Shown here: positions 19,747 through 28,736 of the stretch, piece after piece | How the letters are laid out: every line of letters starts with the position of its first letter | Position numbering within the stretch: the stretch's first letter is position 1 | Virus record (IMG/VR): IMGVR_UViG_3300019755_000001 | Length of the DNA: 64,000 nucleotides | From: a virus | Lineage: Duplodnaviria > Heunggongvirae > Uroviricota > Caudoviricetes | Direction: 5' to 3' (one strand) | Notes under the pieces: model-generated | Database searches by the model: none | Told to the model about the DNA's origin: nothing | The model's input: only the letters and a program-made list of their open reading frames with translations | Translations under genes and position numbers: made by a program

Positions 19747-20465
19747 TGGGAAATAACCGAGCAACTAGTAAGATAGGGGAAGTATTCACTACTAATGAAG
19801 GATATGAAGCAACAATCATAGCTGCTGGTAGTAATGGTAGTAAAGTCGTTATCCAAATAGGTACATGGACTAAAGAAGTCAATTATGGAGACATTAAAAG
19901 AGGTCAGGTAGGGTATCCATTACACCCTGCTACCTACGGGAAAGGCTTTATTGGGGTGGGTACCTATTTGAAGAAGAATAGCCTAAAGTGCTATGAGACT
20001 TGGGCAAGGATCCTACAGAGAGTTTACTGCCCTAAGTTCCACGAAAGACAGCCAACTTATAGCAAGGTTACTATGTGTGAAGAGTGGCATAACTACCAAG
20101 TGTTTGCCAAATGGTTCTATGAGAATTATATAGAAGGATTTGAAATAGACAAAGATATTTTATCCGATGAGGGTAAGGCCTATTCGCCAAGTACGTGCGT
20201 GTTTATACCGAAGAGGTTAAACTCTTTTCTTACTAATAAGCAAACAGCTAACACTAGCGGTTACATAGGGGTTAGTAGAACAAGAAACGGACTTAAGTGG
20301 AGAGCCAGCATTAAGATAGACGGAAAAGGAAAAAACTTAGGTGTTTTCGAAGAAGTCGAAGATGCGGTAGACGCATATAAACAAGCCAGACAAGCGCAAG
20401 TAGTGGCTCTCCAGGAGCTATATAAAAACGTACTCTCAAAAGAAGTACTTGACAGATTATGGTAA
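19746..20465 (+). CDS. AP2-domain protein, probable homing-endonuclease family
   Basis: 239 aa. The C-terminal SGYIGVSRTRNGLKWRASIKIDGKGKNLGVFEEVEDAVDAYKQA is a clear AP2 DNA-binding domain. The N-terminal domain is unassigned. Confidence 0.55.
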   Translation: MGNNRATSKIGEVFTTNEGYEATIIAAGSNGSKVVIQIGTWTKEVNYGDIKRGQVGYPLHPATYGKGFIGVGTYLKKNSLKCYETWARILQRVYCPKFHERQPTYSKVTMCEEWHNYQVFAKWFYENYIEGFEIDKDILSDEGKAYSPSTCVFIPKRLNSFLTNKQTANTSGYIGVSRTRNGLKWRASIKIDGKGKNLGVFEEVEDAVDAYKQARQAQVVALQELYKNVLSKEVLDRLW

Positions 20466-20646
20466 AGAATTACCGTGTACGTATTTAAGGACCTGAACAA
20501 GCAGAAAGCTTATTCCAAGTGGTGTGGAAAAATAGCATGGACTATAACTCTAGGGTTTTACATAGGCCTATGTTATTTAGTCTCCACCTTCACATAAAAC
20601 CCTTCGAACCCAATAGGGTTCTTGGTGTCAATCGAAAGGATAACAA

Positions 20647-20844
20647 ATGAGTGATAAACAACTACTAGCAAAGTATTTTGCACAAGGCGGTACGGTAACT
20701 GTCAAGCACGCAGCTGAACCAGTTTACCATCCACACCCAAATCCAGTGAAATGTCCTACTAACCATGTTGAGCATACTGGACCCAAACACGCATTTAACA
20801 GCCTGTACTCACTTGATGAAACAGTACATAATTACGGGAGATAG
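20647..20844 (+). CDS. hypothetical protein
   Basis: 65 aa; AAAGGA RBS. Confidence 0.35.
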   Translation: MSDKQLLAKYFAQGGTVTVKHAAEPVYHPHPNPVKCPTNHVEHTGPKHAFNSLYSLDETVHNYGR

Positions 20845-20845
20845 C

Positions 20846-21073
20846 ATGAAAGTAGAACACACAAATCAACAACCAGAATTTCAACCAATTGAGTTGAAGA
20901 TAACTATCGAATCAGCAGAGGAGCTTAAACGTCTCTATGGAGCCACCAACACAAACCCAAGAGAATTCGGGTATGGTAGTTTTTCAAAAGAAGTTTCTAT
21001 CACAGGTACTATAGACAATACGTTATTTAGTACATTGTATGACATAGCTGAAAAACGCGGCTACATCAAGTGA
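20846..21073 (+). CDS. hypothetical protein
   Basis: Start moved to the internal Met after a GGGAGA RBS; 75 aa. Confidence 0.4.
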   Translation: MKVEHTNQQPEFQPIELKITIESAEELKRLYGATNTNPREFGYGSFSKEVSITGTIDNTLFSTLYDIAEKRGYIK

Positions 21074-21074
21074 C

Positions 21075-22094
21075 ATGCTATTCAAAGCAATAGTATCAGG
21101 AATTGACAAAGACCGTCGACTAATCCTTGAGGACATCATCCAATCAGATTCAAATTTATTTCGGGACCACTGCTGGACTAAACCATTGTCCGATAAGGAG
21201 CTTGGTAAAGCCAGAAAGATACTGAACAAATACGGCGGTGGTAATTCAGAGCCAATCTACTTCTACGCTGATGTATATTGGTACGGACGAAAGAAAGCCC
21301 TAAAGAACATAACAAAATTAACACACGAACAGGAAATAATCATGCAACCAAAACACATTAAAGTAAACAAACGAACTAACAACATCTATATCAGAATGGA
21401 GTACATCAAAGTAACAACAGCAACTATTGAGTCAGTGCAAAACATGGCACTTGATAACGACGAGGTGGAGATTGGTTCTGACCATATCACAATCAAAAGG
21501 GATGTTGGTACACACGAACAAGCAGGTATTATCAAACCTTACCTAGCTAATCTAGTTATTGAAGGATTTGCTTGGGATGACATTATCACAGCAGAGCCAC
21601 CAAAAGAAGAGCAAATACTTGTTAGTAAAGTTGATGTTAACATTCATATCAAATTACCAAAGTGTACAAGAGCATTTACTCAGTACCCTGATGTTAAATC
21701 AATTGCTACTGACTCTGGTATCATTACTAGAGATGTGTTCACTATCCTTAACAACACAGAACAAACCGCAGTAAAGTTACAAGATCCTCTTAGATACGTT
21801 GTAGACGGTCTTACTGTTCCTGGAGCATTTGTTAAAGAAGTTGAACATGTTATGCAAGCAACATTTGATTGTGTATATGAAACTGATGAGTTCTTGCGAA
21901 TCGAAGACAGTTGTATAGTTATCTCACGTAACGGAGAGACTATCTTATTGTCTAACGAGCTTATGTCACTCCACGACCAAACAACAGAAGTAATTCAACA
22001 TGATGGTATGTACTTCTTACCAGAGGACACAGAATTCTCTCAACCAATTAGTACACAACTAATGAAGTTGAAGAAAGTAACAAACAAACTGTAA
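21075..22094 (+). CDS. hypothetical protein
   Basis: 339 aa ORF. Confidence 0.5.
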   Translation: MLFKAIVSGIDKDRRLILEDIIQSDSNLFRDHCWTKPLSDKELGKARKILNKYGGGNSEPIYFYADVYWYGRKKALKNITKLTHEQEIIMQPKHIKVNKRTNNIYIRMEYIKVTTATIESVQNMALDNDEVEIGSDHITIKRDVGTHEQAGIIKPYLANLVIEGFAWDDIITAEPPKEEQILVSKVDVNIHIKLPKCTRAFTQYPDVKSIATDSGIITRDVFTILNNTEQTAVKLQDPLRYVVDGLTVPGAFVKEVEHVMQATFDCVYETDEFLRIEDSCIVISRNGETILLSNELMSLHDQTTEVIQHDGMYFLPEDTEFSQPISTQLMKLKKVTNKL

Positions 22095-22100
22095 GGATTT

Positions 22101-22814
22101 TTGATGGAACCTATACAAAAACGTAAAGAGTACACAAACAAGCCAAGAAGATACAAACACCAAGCTACTGTAGAGACTGTTAACGCAGGTCAACCGTATT
22201 ATATAGCTAGTCCAACATATGGTTACGAAGGATTGCATTTACCAGTTGCTGGAAGTGTGTCAGAACTACCAGACTGTAATCATAAAACCGGTGTAATTGA
22301 TCTTCGTCGATCTGCATTTCCATCTCTTTGGGTAACTACTACAGCAAGTAGATACCAATTTGGCGATAAATTTCACCGTTGTTCGTTATCGGATGAGGGA
22401 GTAGTTTATCAAACATACAATGACAGGTTAGTATTTCTTACTGAAGAAGCTGCTAAACATTACGCCAGTACAGGCGAAGTAAAAGGAATACAAAGGACAA
22501 AATCAGATTTAGAAACAGGAATGGTAGTAGAAAATAGAAACGGCAATAAAGCCTTAGTTCTACTTGACACACAAAACGGAGACATACTATCAGGTACAAA
22601 CCTTTGGGGTTCATTAGAGAATTATAATAAAAATCTCGAAGATAAAGATGGGGACACAGACTATGATATCGTAAAAATTTATCAGCCTCAACACAATAGA
22701 TCTTACTACCATCTTCAAGACCTTGATATTATATGGGAAAGAGAAGAGTCAACAGAGATGACAATGGAAGAAGTGTGTAAAGCACTTGGTAAACAAATCA
22801 AGATTGTTAAGTAA
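22101..22814 (+). CDS. hypothetical protein
   Basis: 237 aa ORF. Confidence 0.5.
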   Translation: MMEPIQKRKEYTNKPRRYKHQATVETVNAGQPYYIASPTYGYEGLHLPVAGSVSELPDCNHKTGVIDLRRSAFPSLWVTTTASRYQFGDKFHRCSLSDEGVVYQTYNDRLVFLTEEAAKHYASTGEVKGIQRTKSDLETGMVVENRNGNKALVLLDTQNGDILSGTNLWGSLENYNKNLEDKDGDTDYDIVKIYQPQHNRSYYHLQDLDIIWEREESTEMTMEEVCKALGKQIKIVK

Positions 22815-22831
22815 CTAGCTTCGTGCTAGTT
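22813..22831 (+). terminator. possible hairpin at the operon end (AACTAGC-ttcgt-GCTAGTT)
   Basis: 7-bp stem overlapping the stop codon. There is no clean U-tract, so this is weak. Confidence 0.3.
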
Positions 22832-23304
22832 TACTTGTGAGTTGCTTATACTGGTGCTAACAACAGTGAGTAACGGCATGTTAGTTATATGGTCTAGCCA
22901 TACCGAGGAGTCATGACCTCATTATATGTTTACCAGCCGGTGATTAATACTAGTTAAACGATCGATAACAACATAAGCAATTCTCAAGTGAACTATTCAC
23001 TCCCAGCCCAGGGTCAGAGAGCAAATAGGTTATGTCTTCCTACACAAAAAGCGATTATCTTAGTACTATTGGAACAATTGTTTTCTACATTTGTTGTACT
23101 ACTTAAGAAATCAAAAAAAAAACTATTTACTGCAAACTATAGAAGAGGAACTATCATCAACCTCTTCTATAACTATGTGTGTTTCATTACAATAAAAGGA
23201 GAGCTTACCTTTGTCTTAAGAAACGCTGTCCCTGCCTACGCATACAAACACCAAGCTCGACACACATATAGTTATAGAAGAATAAATTAATTTAAAGGAC
23301 TAAT

Positions 23305-23892
23305 ATGATAACACTACAACAAGCAAACGAACTGTGTACACTAGCTCACGAAAACCAATGGCGTAGACCTAGAGGGATGAATAAAACTGATAGAATCCTA
23401 TTTTCAGACAAACTAGACTCATTGTCAGAAGAAGATGACTATGACGTTGATGTATATACTATTAATCATCACAGATTTTCATGGTCTGAAGGTGCAGAAG
23501 AGTGGTTTATGGAAGAGCCTTACCATACTCATCCTCAAGCAGTGGCTGCTATGATGAATACAGAGTACCGTAAGATCCTTGCACTCTTACATGATGTAAT
23601 TGAGGATACTGCCTATGAGCTTACTAATTGCATGGTAACAAAAAAATGCTACATAGTTATGCCCGACAAAGAACAGTACGCGATTTCTCATGATCTGTAC
23701 ATAGACTTAGAGTTGCTTACTAAAGACCCAAACCTTACGTACAGAGAGAATATCAGACGTATCAAGGACTCAGGTCGAGCAGACCCCATTGCTGTCAAGA
23801 TTGCTGACAATTGCAATAACTTATCTACTGGTACTGACAAGCAAAAAGAGCGGTACTTAACTGTCTCTCTACCAATCTTATTAAAGGATTAA
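23305..23892 (+). CDS. HD-domain (p)ppGpp hydrolase-like protein (SpoT/Mesh1 small-alarmone-hydrolase family)
   Basis: 195 aa. LAHENQWRR...EPYHTHPQAVAAMM...ILALLHDVIEDT...DPIAVKIADNCNNL parallels the RelA/SpoT hydrolase motifs (HxGQ.R..GePY..HPl.VA, LLHDVvEDT, KLADRLHNM). Confidence 0.55.
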   Translation: MITLQQANELCTLAHENQWRRPRGMNKTDRILFSDKLDSLSEEDDYDVDVYTINHHRFSWSEGAEEWFMEEPYHTHPQAVAAMMNTEYRKILALLHDVIEDTAYELTNCMVTKKCYIVMPDKEQYAISHDLYIDLELLTKDPNLTYRENIRRIKDSGRADPIAVKIADNCNNLSTGTDKQKERYLTVSLPILLKD

Positions 23893-23893
23893 C

Positions 23894-25081
23894 ATGACAT
23901 TACAACAAAAGAAAGAACTGTACGAGCAAGGTAATCATATTTGTTTACTAGAAAATAAGTTTGGTGACACTGATTGGTCAATACACGAAGACCCGAAATG
24001 GAATCCTCAATGGGGCTATCAACTAATCCACAAAAAGCACAGACACATCCTAGATGCTTACTTGGACGGTTGTGAGGTTTACGTTTGCCCTCAAACAGCA
24101 CCAGAGATTATAACAGACTTTATTGAAGGTTATGAAGAGGAATGGGAATACCTTGCAATTCCAGGGTCACTGAAGAACTGCTACTGTGAAGCTACTAACG
24201 TACATTATCAAATACTTTATTCTATAGCAAAGAACCCAGGGTCGTTATTTGACTTTAACTACGCTAAAAGTGAGGAATACTATGTTATATTCCCTAATGG
24301 ACAAAATAGCGAACAATACTCTAAAACATATGCAGTTATAGAAGAAGACATGAATAAAGTCGAATGGAACGAATCAATACAAAACTGGGTATATTGCCCA
24401 AAGGAGACTGAAGATGAAGCCAACAACTATTCATATACTGGAGATAATCACAGCGATAATAGCAGGGATGTTACTATGCAAGAAAATACTATAAACAACT
24501 TCAATGACTACGGGTTCACTGCTGACTTTCCTGGACACCTTACAGGTGAAATGGTTGAATTCTATAACCAGACATACCTCCTTGGGTACTTCTTAGAAGG
24601 TAAGATGAAACATCCTAGAGCACAGTTCTGGAACAAAGATACTGGTAGGATCTGGCAAGGGGAGTGTAACACGATGTACAACCTCACACCAATCGTACCT
24701 GAGTACCCTCTATTTAAGAAGAACGAAGCTGGTGATGTACTAAGAATAGATAGCGAGTTATCAGGCACATGGATGCTGTTAGCTAATAGCGATTTCATAG
24801 GAGATCCTGAGAACTTACAGGAAATTCCTGTGCTTTCTTCAGACTATTGGACTGACATTCCTTACGACTCTGAACGAGGTTTTTACCACGGACAACCTGT
24901 ATGGGTACACTTTGCAGACGACGCTTCTATGATATACTTCTATAATGCAGACAAAGACTTGTTTCACACAGCAGGTGGAGGCTGCATACATTCTAGTAAA
25001 GTAGAACCAATAGCACTAGAAGCACTACAACACATGCCATTCGTTTGGGAGCAGTATCAAGCCTTCATAAAGGAGAAATGA
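23894..25081 (+). CDS. hypothetical protein
   Basis: 395 aa. Its N-terminus MTLQQKKEL resembles MITLQQANEL of the upstream HD-domain protein. Confidence 0.5.
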   Translation: MTLQQKKELYEQGNHICLLENKFGDTDWSIHEDPKWNPQWGYQLIHKKHRHILDAYLDGCEVYVCPQTAPEIITDFIEGYEEEWEYLAIPGSLKNCYCEATNVHYQILYSIAKNPGSLFDFNYAKSEEYYVIFPNGQNSEQYSKTYAVIEEDMNKVEWNESIQNWVYCPKETEDEANNYSYTGDNHSDNSRDVTMQENTINNFNDYGFTADFPGHLTGEMVEFYNQTYLLGYFLEGKMKHPRAQFWNKDTGRIWQGECNTMYNLTPIVPEYPLFKKNEAGDVLRIDSELSGTWMLLANSDFIGDPENLQEIPVLSSDYWTDIPYDSERGFYHGQPVWVHFADDASMIYFYNADKDLFHTAGGGCIHSSKVEPIALEALQHMPFVWEQYQAFIKEK

Positions 25082-25212
25082 TGGCAAATCAAGGATACGT
25101 TTGTAAGAAATGTAAACAGTACAATTCAACAGGTGATCTAACTTGTTGGAGATGCGAAGCTAATTGGTTTGACTAATTGGAAACAATACCAAACATTTAT
25201 AAAGGAGAAGTG

Positions 25213-25422
25213 ATGATATTAGAAAGTCTAGAAGTAAACGGCAAATTCACTGATGCTGAGTTAACAACAAATGCATTACACATAAATGGTAGTAAGCCTG
25301 ACTTAAGGTTTGATGTAGTAGGAGACCATGTCTACACGATAACAAACGGTGTAGATACGGTTGTAGTAGCTGCAGACATGGGAAATAGCCACGGTGTAGT
25401 ACTATCTATCACCAATTACTAA
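25213..25422 (+). CDS. hypothetical protein
   Basis: Start moved to Met13 after an AAGGAG RBS; 69 aa. Confidence 0.35.
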   Translation: MILESLEVNGKFTDAELTTNALHINGSKPDLRFDVVGDHVYTITNGVDTVVVAADMGNSHGVVLSITNY

Positions 25423-25762
25423 AGTAACCAAACAGGCACAGACTTCTAACCACCCGTACGCGATGGAATTAGTGGTGGAGTAGTGTTAAACGACATCATA
25501 ATCGATGGAACCTGTAATCTTACCTAACTATTGAAAGACATAGAGGCGAAACAACGTGAGGTCATTGCTGGAGCAGAAACAACCTGTTCCGTGTGCTATT
25601 GGCGCCTTGCTAGGTAAGCCACTCGCTACAGAGGGTACAACCAGTGATGTCAATGTCATCGCATGCTACGGGAGATCCTGCAGAAGTGTTGGTAAACTGA
25701 GTCTGGTCTTGTCAGAGGAGAATTGGAACGACTCCTGTAAACTAACTAGATTCCACCCGTAT

Positions 25763-25872
25763 GCAGTATTAGCTCAGTTGGTAGAGCACTTTCCAAGTAA
25801 TTGTCTGGAGAACACCCTCTAATTAAGAGGTGCAAGAGAGTTAGGTCCCTGGTTCGAGCCCAGGATACTGCA
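25763..25872 (+). tRNA. tRNA-like gene, 110 nt, with a ~35-42 nt insertion in the anticodon region
   Basis: Perfect 7-bp acceptor (GCAGTAT/ATACTGC). Canonical D-arm (TAGCTCAGTTGGTAGAGC), variable loop AGGTC and T-arm (CCTGG-TTCGAGC-CCAGG), discriminator A. Between the 6-bp helix ACTTTC/GAGAGT sits 42 nt that contains its own hairpin (CACCCTC-TAATTAA-GAGGTG). No canonical 7-nt loop with U33 could be derived. Confidence 0.45.
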
Positions 25873-26056
25873 CAACCTGGTCAGTATTATCGGTACAGGT
25901 GTGAATGTACCAACTTTATTTATGCTGTGGAAGTGGGTAACAATACAGGATCGAGGCCTGTGCCCAGCACCACTCAGTCTTGGAAGCAAGTCTGTTTAAC
26001 TAGCCGTATATAGATAAGTCTGCAGGGTGTAGCTCTGGGGGTAACAGCCCGGGTCG

Positions 26057-26073
26057 CAAGGTTCGAATCCTTG
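26057..26073 (+). ncRNA. isolated T-arm-like hairpin (CAAGG-TTCGAAT-CCTTG); no matching acceptor stem
   Basis: Perfect T-stem/loop consensus, but no complementary 5' acceptor within 120 nt. A GGGTAACA motif is repeated at 25935 and 26035. Confidence 0.25.
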
Positions 26074-26180
26074 AAAGTATACGCAACCTACTACAGTCGT
26101 ACAATCGTTATACTCCTTGGGAGTTGAGTACGCAACCATTCTCGACGGTCCATGTAACGTGCAACATGGAGCTTTTATAT

Positions 26181-26300
26181 GAAAGAGTGACAGAGTAGGG
26201 AGTAGTTAGCAAGCTATTCTGCAATGTGTGAGTGTATATGTAACATCACTCGACGGTTCTTTACACAACCACGTAGGTTGAAATCCTACCTCTTTCACCA
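26181..26300 (+). tRNA. tRNA-like gene, 117 nt plus encoded CCA, with a ~40 nt insertion
   Basis: Perfect 7-bp acceptor (GAAAGAG/CTCTTTC). T-arm GTAGG-TTGAAAT-CCTAC, discriminator A, then CCA. The central region is expanded. It contains GGTT-CTTTACAC-AACC with an 8-nt loop bearing TTA. Confidence 0.4.
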
Positions 26301-26309
26301 ATTTTATAC

Positions 26310-26380
26310 GGACGTTTACCCAATCTGGTCTGAATGTGGCAGGTCGCTCCTGTAGGTCGGTTCAATTCCGACAACGTCCA
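26310..26380 (+). tRNA. tRNA-like gene, 71 nt, non-canonical D/anticodon region
   Basis: Perfect 7-bp acceptor (GGACGTT/AACGTCC). T-arm GTCGG-TTCAATT-CCGAC, discriminator A. The D and anticodon arms could not be folded into the canonical form by eye. Confidence 0.4.
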
Positions 26381-26589
26381 CACACTTTTATATGCCGAGT
26401 ATGTACCGCATGCTATAGTACACAGCGCAACTGGAAGGGAGGGACCTTCTGCTCGGCTCCAACACCTCATTACTAAGCAACTACTGAGTTGTTTATTTAT
26501 GAAGTAACTAATAAAGGACTAATATGGATGACAAACCTACGTCAGAATCATGGTTTAAAACCATTAACAAATACCTCTAAGGATTAACT

Positions 26590-26721
26590 ATGACAAGTAA
26601 AAAAGTAACATACTCTGATATAAATAAAGTCAATAAACTTATAAGAAAGAACAAGGGCAAACTTAAACCTAAATTCTACGAAGGTGGGTCACCAGGCCTT
26701 AAGCAAATACGAAGAGGTTGA
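26590..26721 (+). CDS. small basic protein (43 aa)
   Basis: Not in the ORF track. MTSKKVTYSDINKVNKLIRKNKGKLKPKFYEGG... AAAGGA RBS. Confidence 0.3.
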   Translation: MTSKKVTYSDINKVNKLIRKNKGKLKPKFYEGGSPGLKQIRRG

Positions 26722-26733
26722 CAAAGGACTAAC

Positions 26734-27180
26734 ATGAAACAACTACTACTTTTACTACTAGCTATTAATCTATACGCACTTGACTTCGACTCAATCGTAA
26801 CAGAGGTCAAACAACACGAAGGTTTTAGACACAAACCTTACGTAGACGGCAATCATTACTCAGTTGGGTACGGTACCAACCTATCGTACATCACAAAGGC
26901 CGAAGCTCATTTGCTACTAGTTCATCGTTTATCGATGCGCCAAGCACAGTTACAACAACACGAGTGGTACAATAAACTTAACCCAACTCGTCAATATGTA
27001 CTTTTATCAATGGCTTACCAACTTGGCTATACTGGACTTATGCAGTTCAAACACACAATTTGGCGTATCAAACAAGGATATTATAGAGCAGCAGGCAATT
27101 CTATGCAGGATAGCCTTTGGTTCAAACAATCTGGTAATCGCTCAAGAGAACTAGTGAAACTAATGAAGAAAGGGTATTAA
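26734..27180 (+). CDS. endolysin: GH24 (T4-type) lysozyme with N-terminal signal/SAR segment
   Basis: 148 aa. The N-terminal MKQLLLLLLAINLYALDF is hydrophobic. EGFRHKPYVDGNHYSVGYGTNL matches the lysozyme active-site region (T4 E: [21 protein letters not shown]). Confidence 0.75.
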   Translation: MKQLLLLLLAINLYALDFDSIVTEVKQHEGFRHKPYVDGNHYSVGYGTNLSYITKAEAHLLLVHRLSMRQAQLQQHEWYNKLNPTRQYVLLSMAYQLGYTGLMQFKHTIWRIKQGYYRAAGNSMQDSLWFKQSGNRSRELVKLMKKGY

Positions 27181-27181
27181 C

Positions 27182-27457
27182 ATGAGACTAGTCGAAGGGT
27201 GCAACTACCACACAACTTGGCAATCTAGTAAAGCTATGAGGTTCGTTTTACTAAAAATAAACGGTACTGTCGCTACTCTAGCTACCACACGAACTTGTAA
27301 GCAGTTTACTACTAAGGTCTCTGATCTTATCTTCATCGATACAGATCACAACAATGGCAAAGCAGACCTAATTGAATCAGGGCACTGGAACACAATCAAA
27401 CATTCTTATAATCTATGTGGCGTTCAGCCTGAAGATTATGGGCACACAAAGGAATAA
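27182..27457 (+). CDS. hypothetical protein
   Basis: 91 aa ORF directly after the endolysin gene (ATGA coupling). Confidence 0.4.
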   Translation: MRLVEGCNYHTTWQSSKAMRFVLLKINGTVATLATTRTCKQFTTKVSDLIFIDTDHNNGKADLIESGHWNTIKHSYNLCGVQPEDYGHTKE

Positions 27458-27458
27458 T

Positions 27459-27641
27459 ATGCTAACAACCAATTTATCACCAACAGAAGAAATCAAAGCC
27501 CTACGTGTGCACTGGCAACATTCTACAGACGCACTTAAGGATTCTACTGATTTACCTCAGTCAGTAATTGACGAACACACAACGTTGCAAGCTTACATTG
27601 AAGTAAGGATTGCCAATTTACGAACTCAAATAGGAGCTTAA
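27459..27641 (+). CDS. hypothetical protein
   Basis: Start moved to Met30 of the tracked ORF after an AAAGGAA RBS; 60 aa. Confidence 0.35.
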   Translation: MLTTNLSPTEEIKALRVHWQHSTDALKDSTDLPQSVIDEHTTLQAYIEVRIANLRTQIGA

Positions 27642-27995
27642 TATGTATAGATTACTACGATTAATTTTTATTGGTACTTGGGAATTACCTAAGCAACCAA
27701 AACCATGTAATCATAAATGGAAAGAAATTGCTGCTATGTCAAACAATTACAAGTTTGTGCGAACTCTTCAATGCGAACATTGCGGTGAATTATACGACCA
27801 CGTAACCAAATCTTCATAAGGACAAGCAATGCCATCTAACACATCAGTACCACCAAGCCTGCCTTGGTTGCTAATCCGTATCGAACACTGGGAGACTCAA
27901 CGTGATGGGTCTTGTTGTGATTATTACCAACAATCTTGTGAGCTTATCATAGCCGAACTTCAGTTTGCTATTGAATATGCAAAGGAGCACTCGTC

Positions 27996-28151
27996 ATGAA
28001 TTTATTATTACTAATAATCATACCATCTTTTATTTATGGTCCTATACTAAGTGCTATTGGACACACAATATTCACACCAACTTTTTGGGGATTTGCTTTA
28101 GTATATGCGATACTAGTAGACTACCCAAATCAATTTCTTAGGGAGGGCTAG
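27996..28151 (+). CDS. small hydrophobic membrane protein (51 aa); holin-like by context
   Basis: Not in the ORF track. MNLLLLIIIPSFIYGPILSAIGHTIFTPTFWGFALVYAILV... Located in the lysis neighbourhood. Confidence 0.35.
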   Translation: MNLLLLIIIPSFIYGPILSAIGHTIFTPTFWGFALVYAILVDYPNQFLREG

Positions 28152-28152
28152 T

Positions 28153-28545
28153 ATGGAACTACTTCATCCAAATGCAGACGTACGTATGTCTGGCGCTGAG
28201 TATAACTCTATGCAGTCTGATATAGACAAAGCACGACAGTCGTACGAGCATGTAGCTCAACGTAATCGTGCTATTCCCAAGCTTATTGCTGAACTCAAGT
28301 CAGTTCGATTCGACCTTGCGAAGGAACGTGCACTGAACTCAACCTTGCTCAAGCAACGAATTGCTAGGGATTGTGTTAGTTCAGCCTACAACTCATGCAG
28401 GACTGATCTAGTTAATTCTAAGTCAATTTTACGTGCAACTATCCGTATTGCAGAGCAGTACCAATCTGAGTCGAACCTTCTGAAGGACGAACTCAAACAA
28501 GCATATGAACTAATTGAGCAACTACGTGTTACTCAGTATGCGTAG
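28153..28545 (+). CDS. hypothetical coiled-coil protein
   Basis: 130 aa; GGGAGGG RBS. Confidence 0.45.
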   Translation: MELLHPNADVRMSGAEYNSMQSDIDKARQSYEHVAQRNRAIPKLIAELKSVRFDLAKERALNSTLLKQRIARDCVSSAYNSCRTDLVNSKSILRATIRIAEQYQSESNLLKDELKQAYELIEQLRVTQYA

Positions 28546-28736
28546 GAAGTGAAACAGAACAGCTTATCGCAAATCAGTTAGGAATCTCTCACCTGCCATC
28601 AACGCAAACAGAGCATCGCTGACCTACACTATGTAGTTAGTGTTCTACTTTATTTACCACAGCATTTTCTTTGCTCGTAGAACATTATAGTACGTAGGAG
28701 AAGTCCTTTATACTTAATTTAAACGAAAGGAATTTA

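Noticed and set aside
22988-23290. 100-aa ORF in the AT-rich intergenic region
   Set aside because: Low-complexity sequence and no RBS. The span is better explained as non-coding.
25556-26013. Tracked ORFs 25556-25822 and 25801-26013 (and 26261-26470 on the minus strand) in tRNA-like cluster 1
   Set aside because: They translate straight through tRNA-like structural elements (e.g. AVLAQLVEH is the D-arm), have no RBS, and conflict with the RNA interpretation.
26005-26084. 80-nt tRNA candidate using the 26057-26073 T-arm with acceptor CGTATAT/GTATACG
   Set aside because: It requires 3 extra nt between the T-stem and the acceptor, and no D or anticodon arms can be formed. Kept only as an orphan T-arm-like hairpin.
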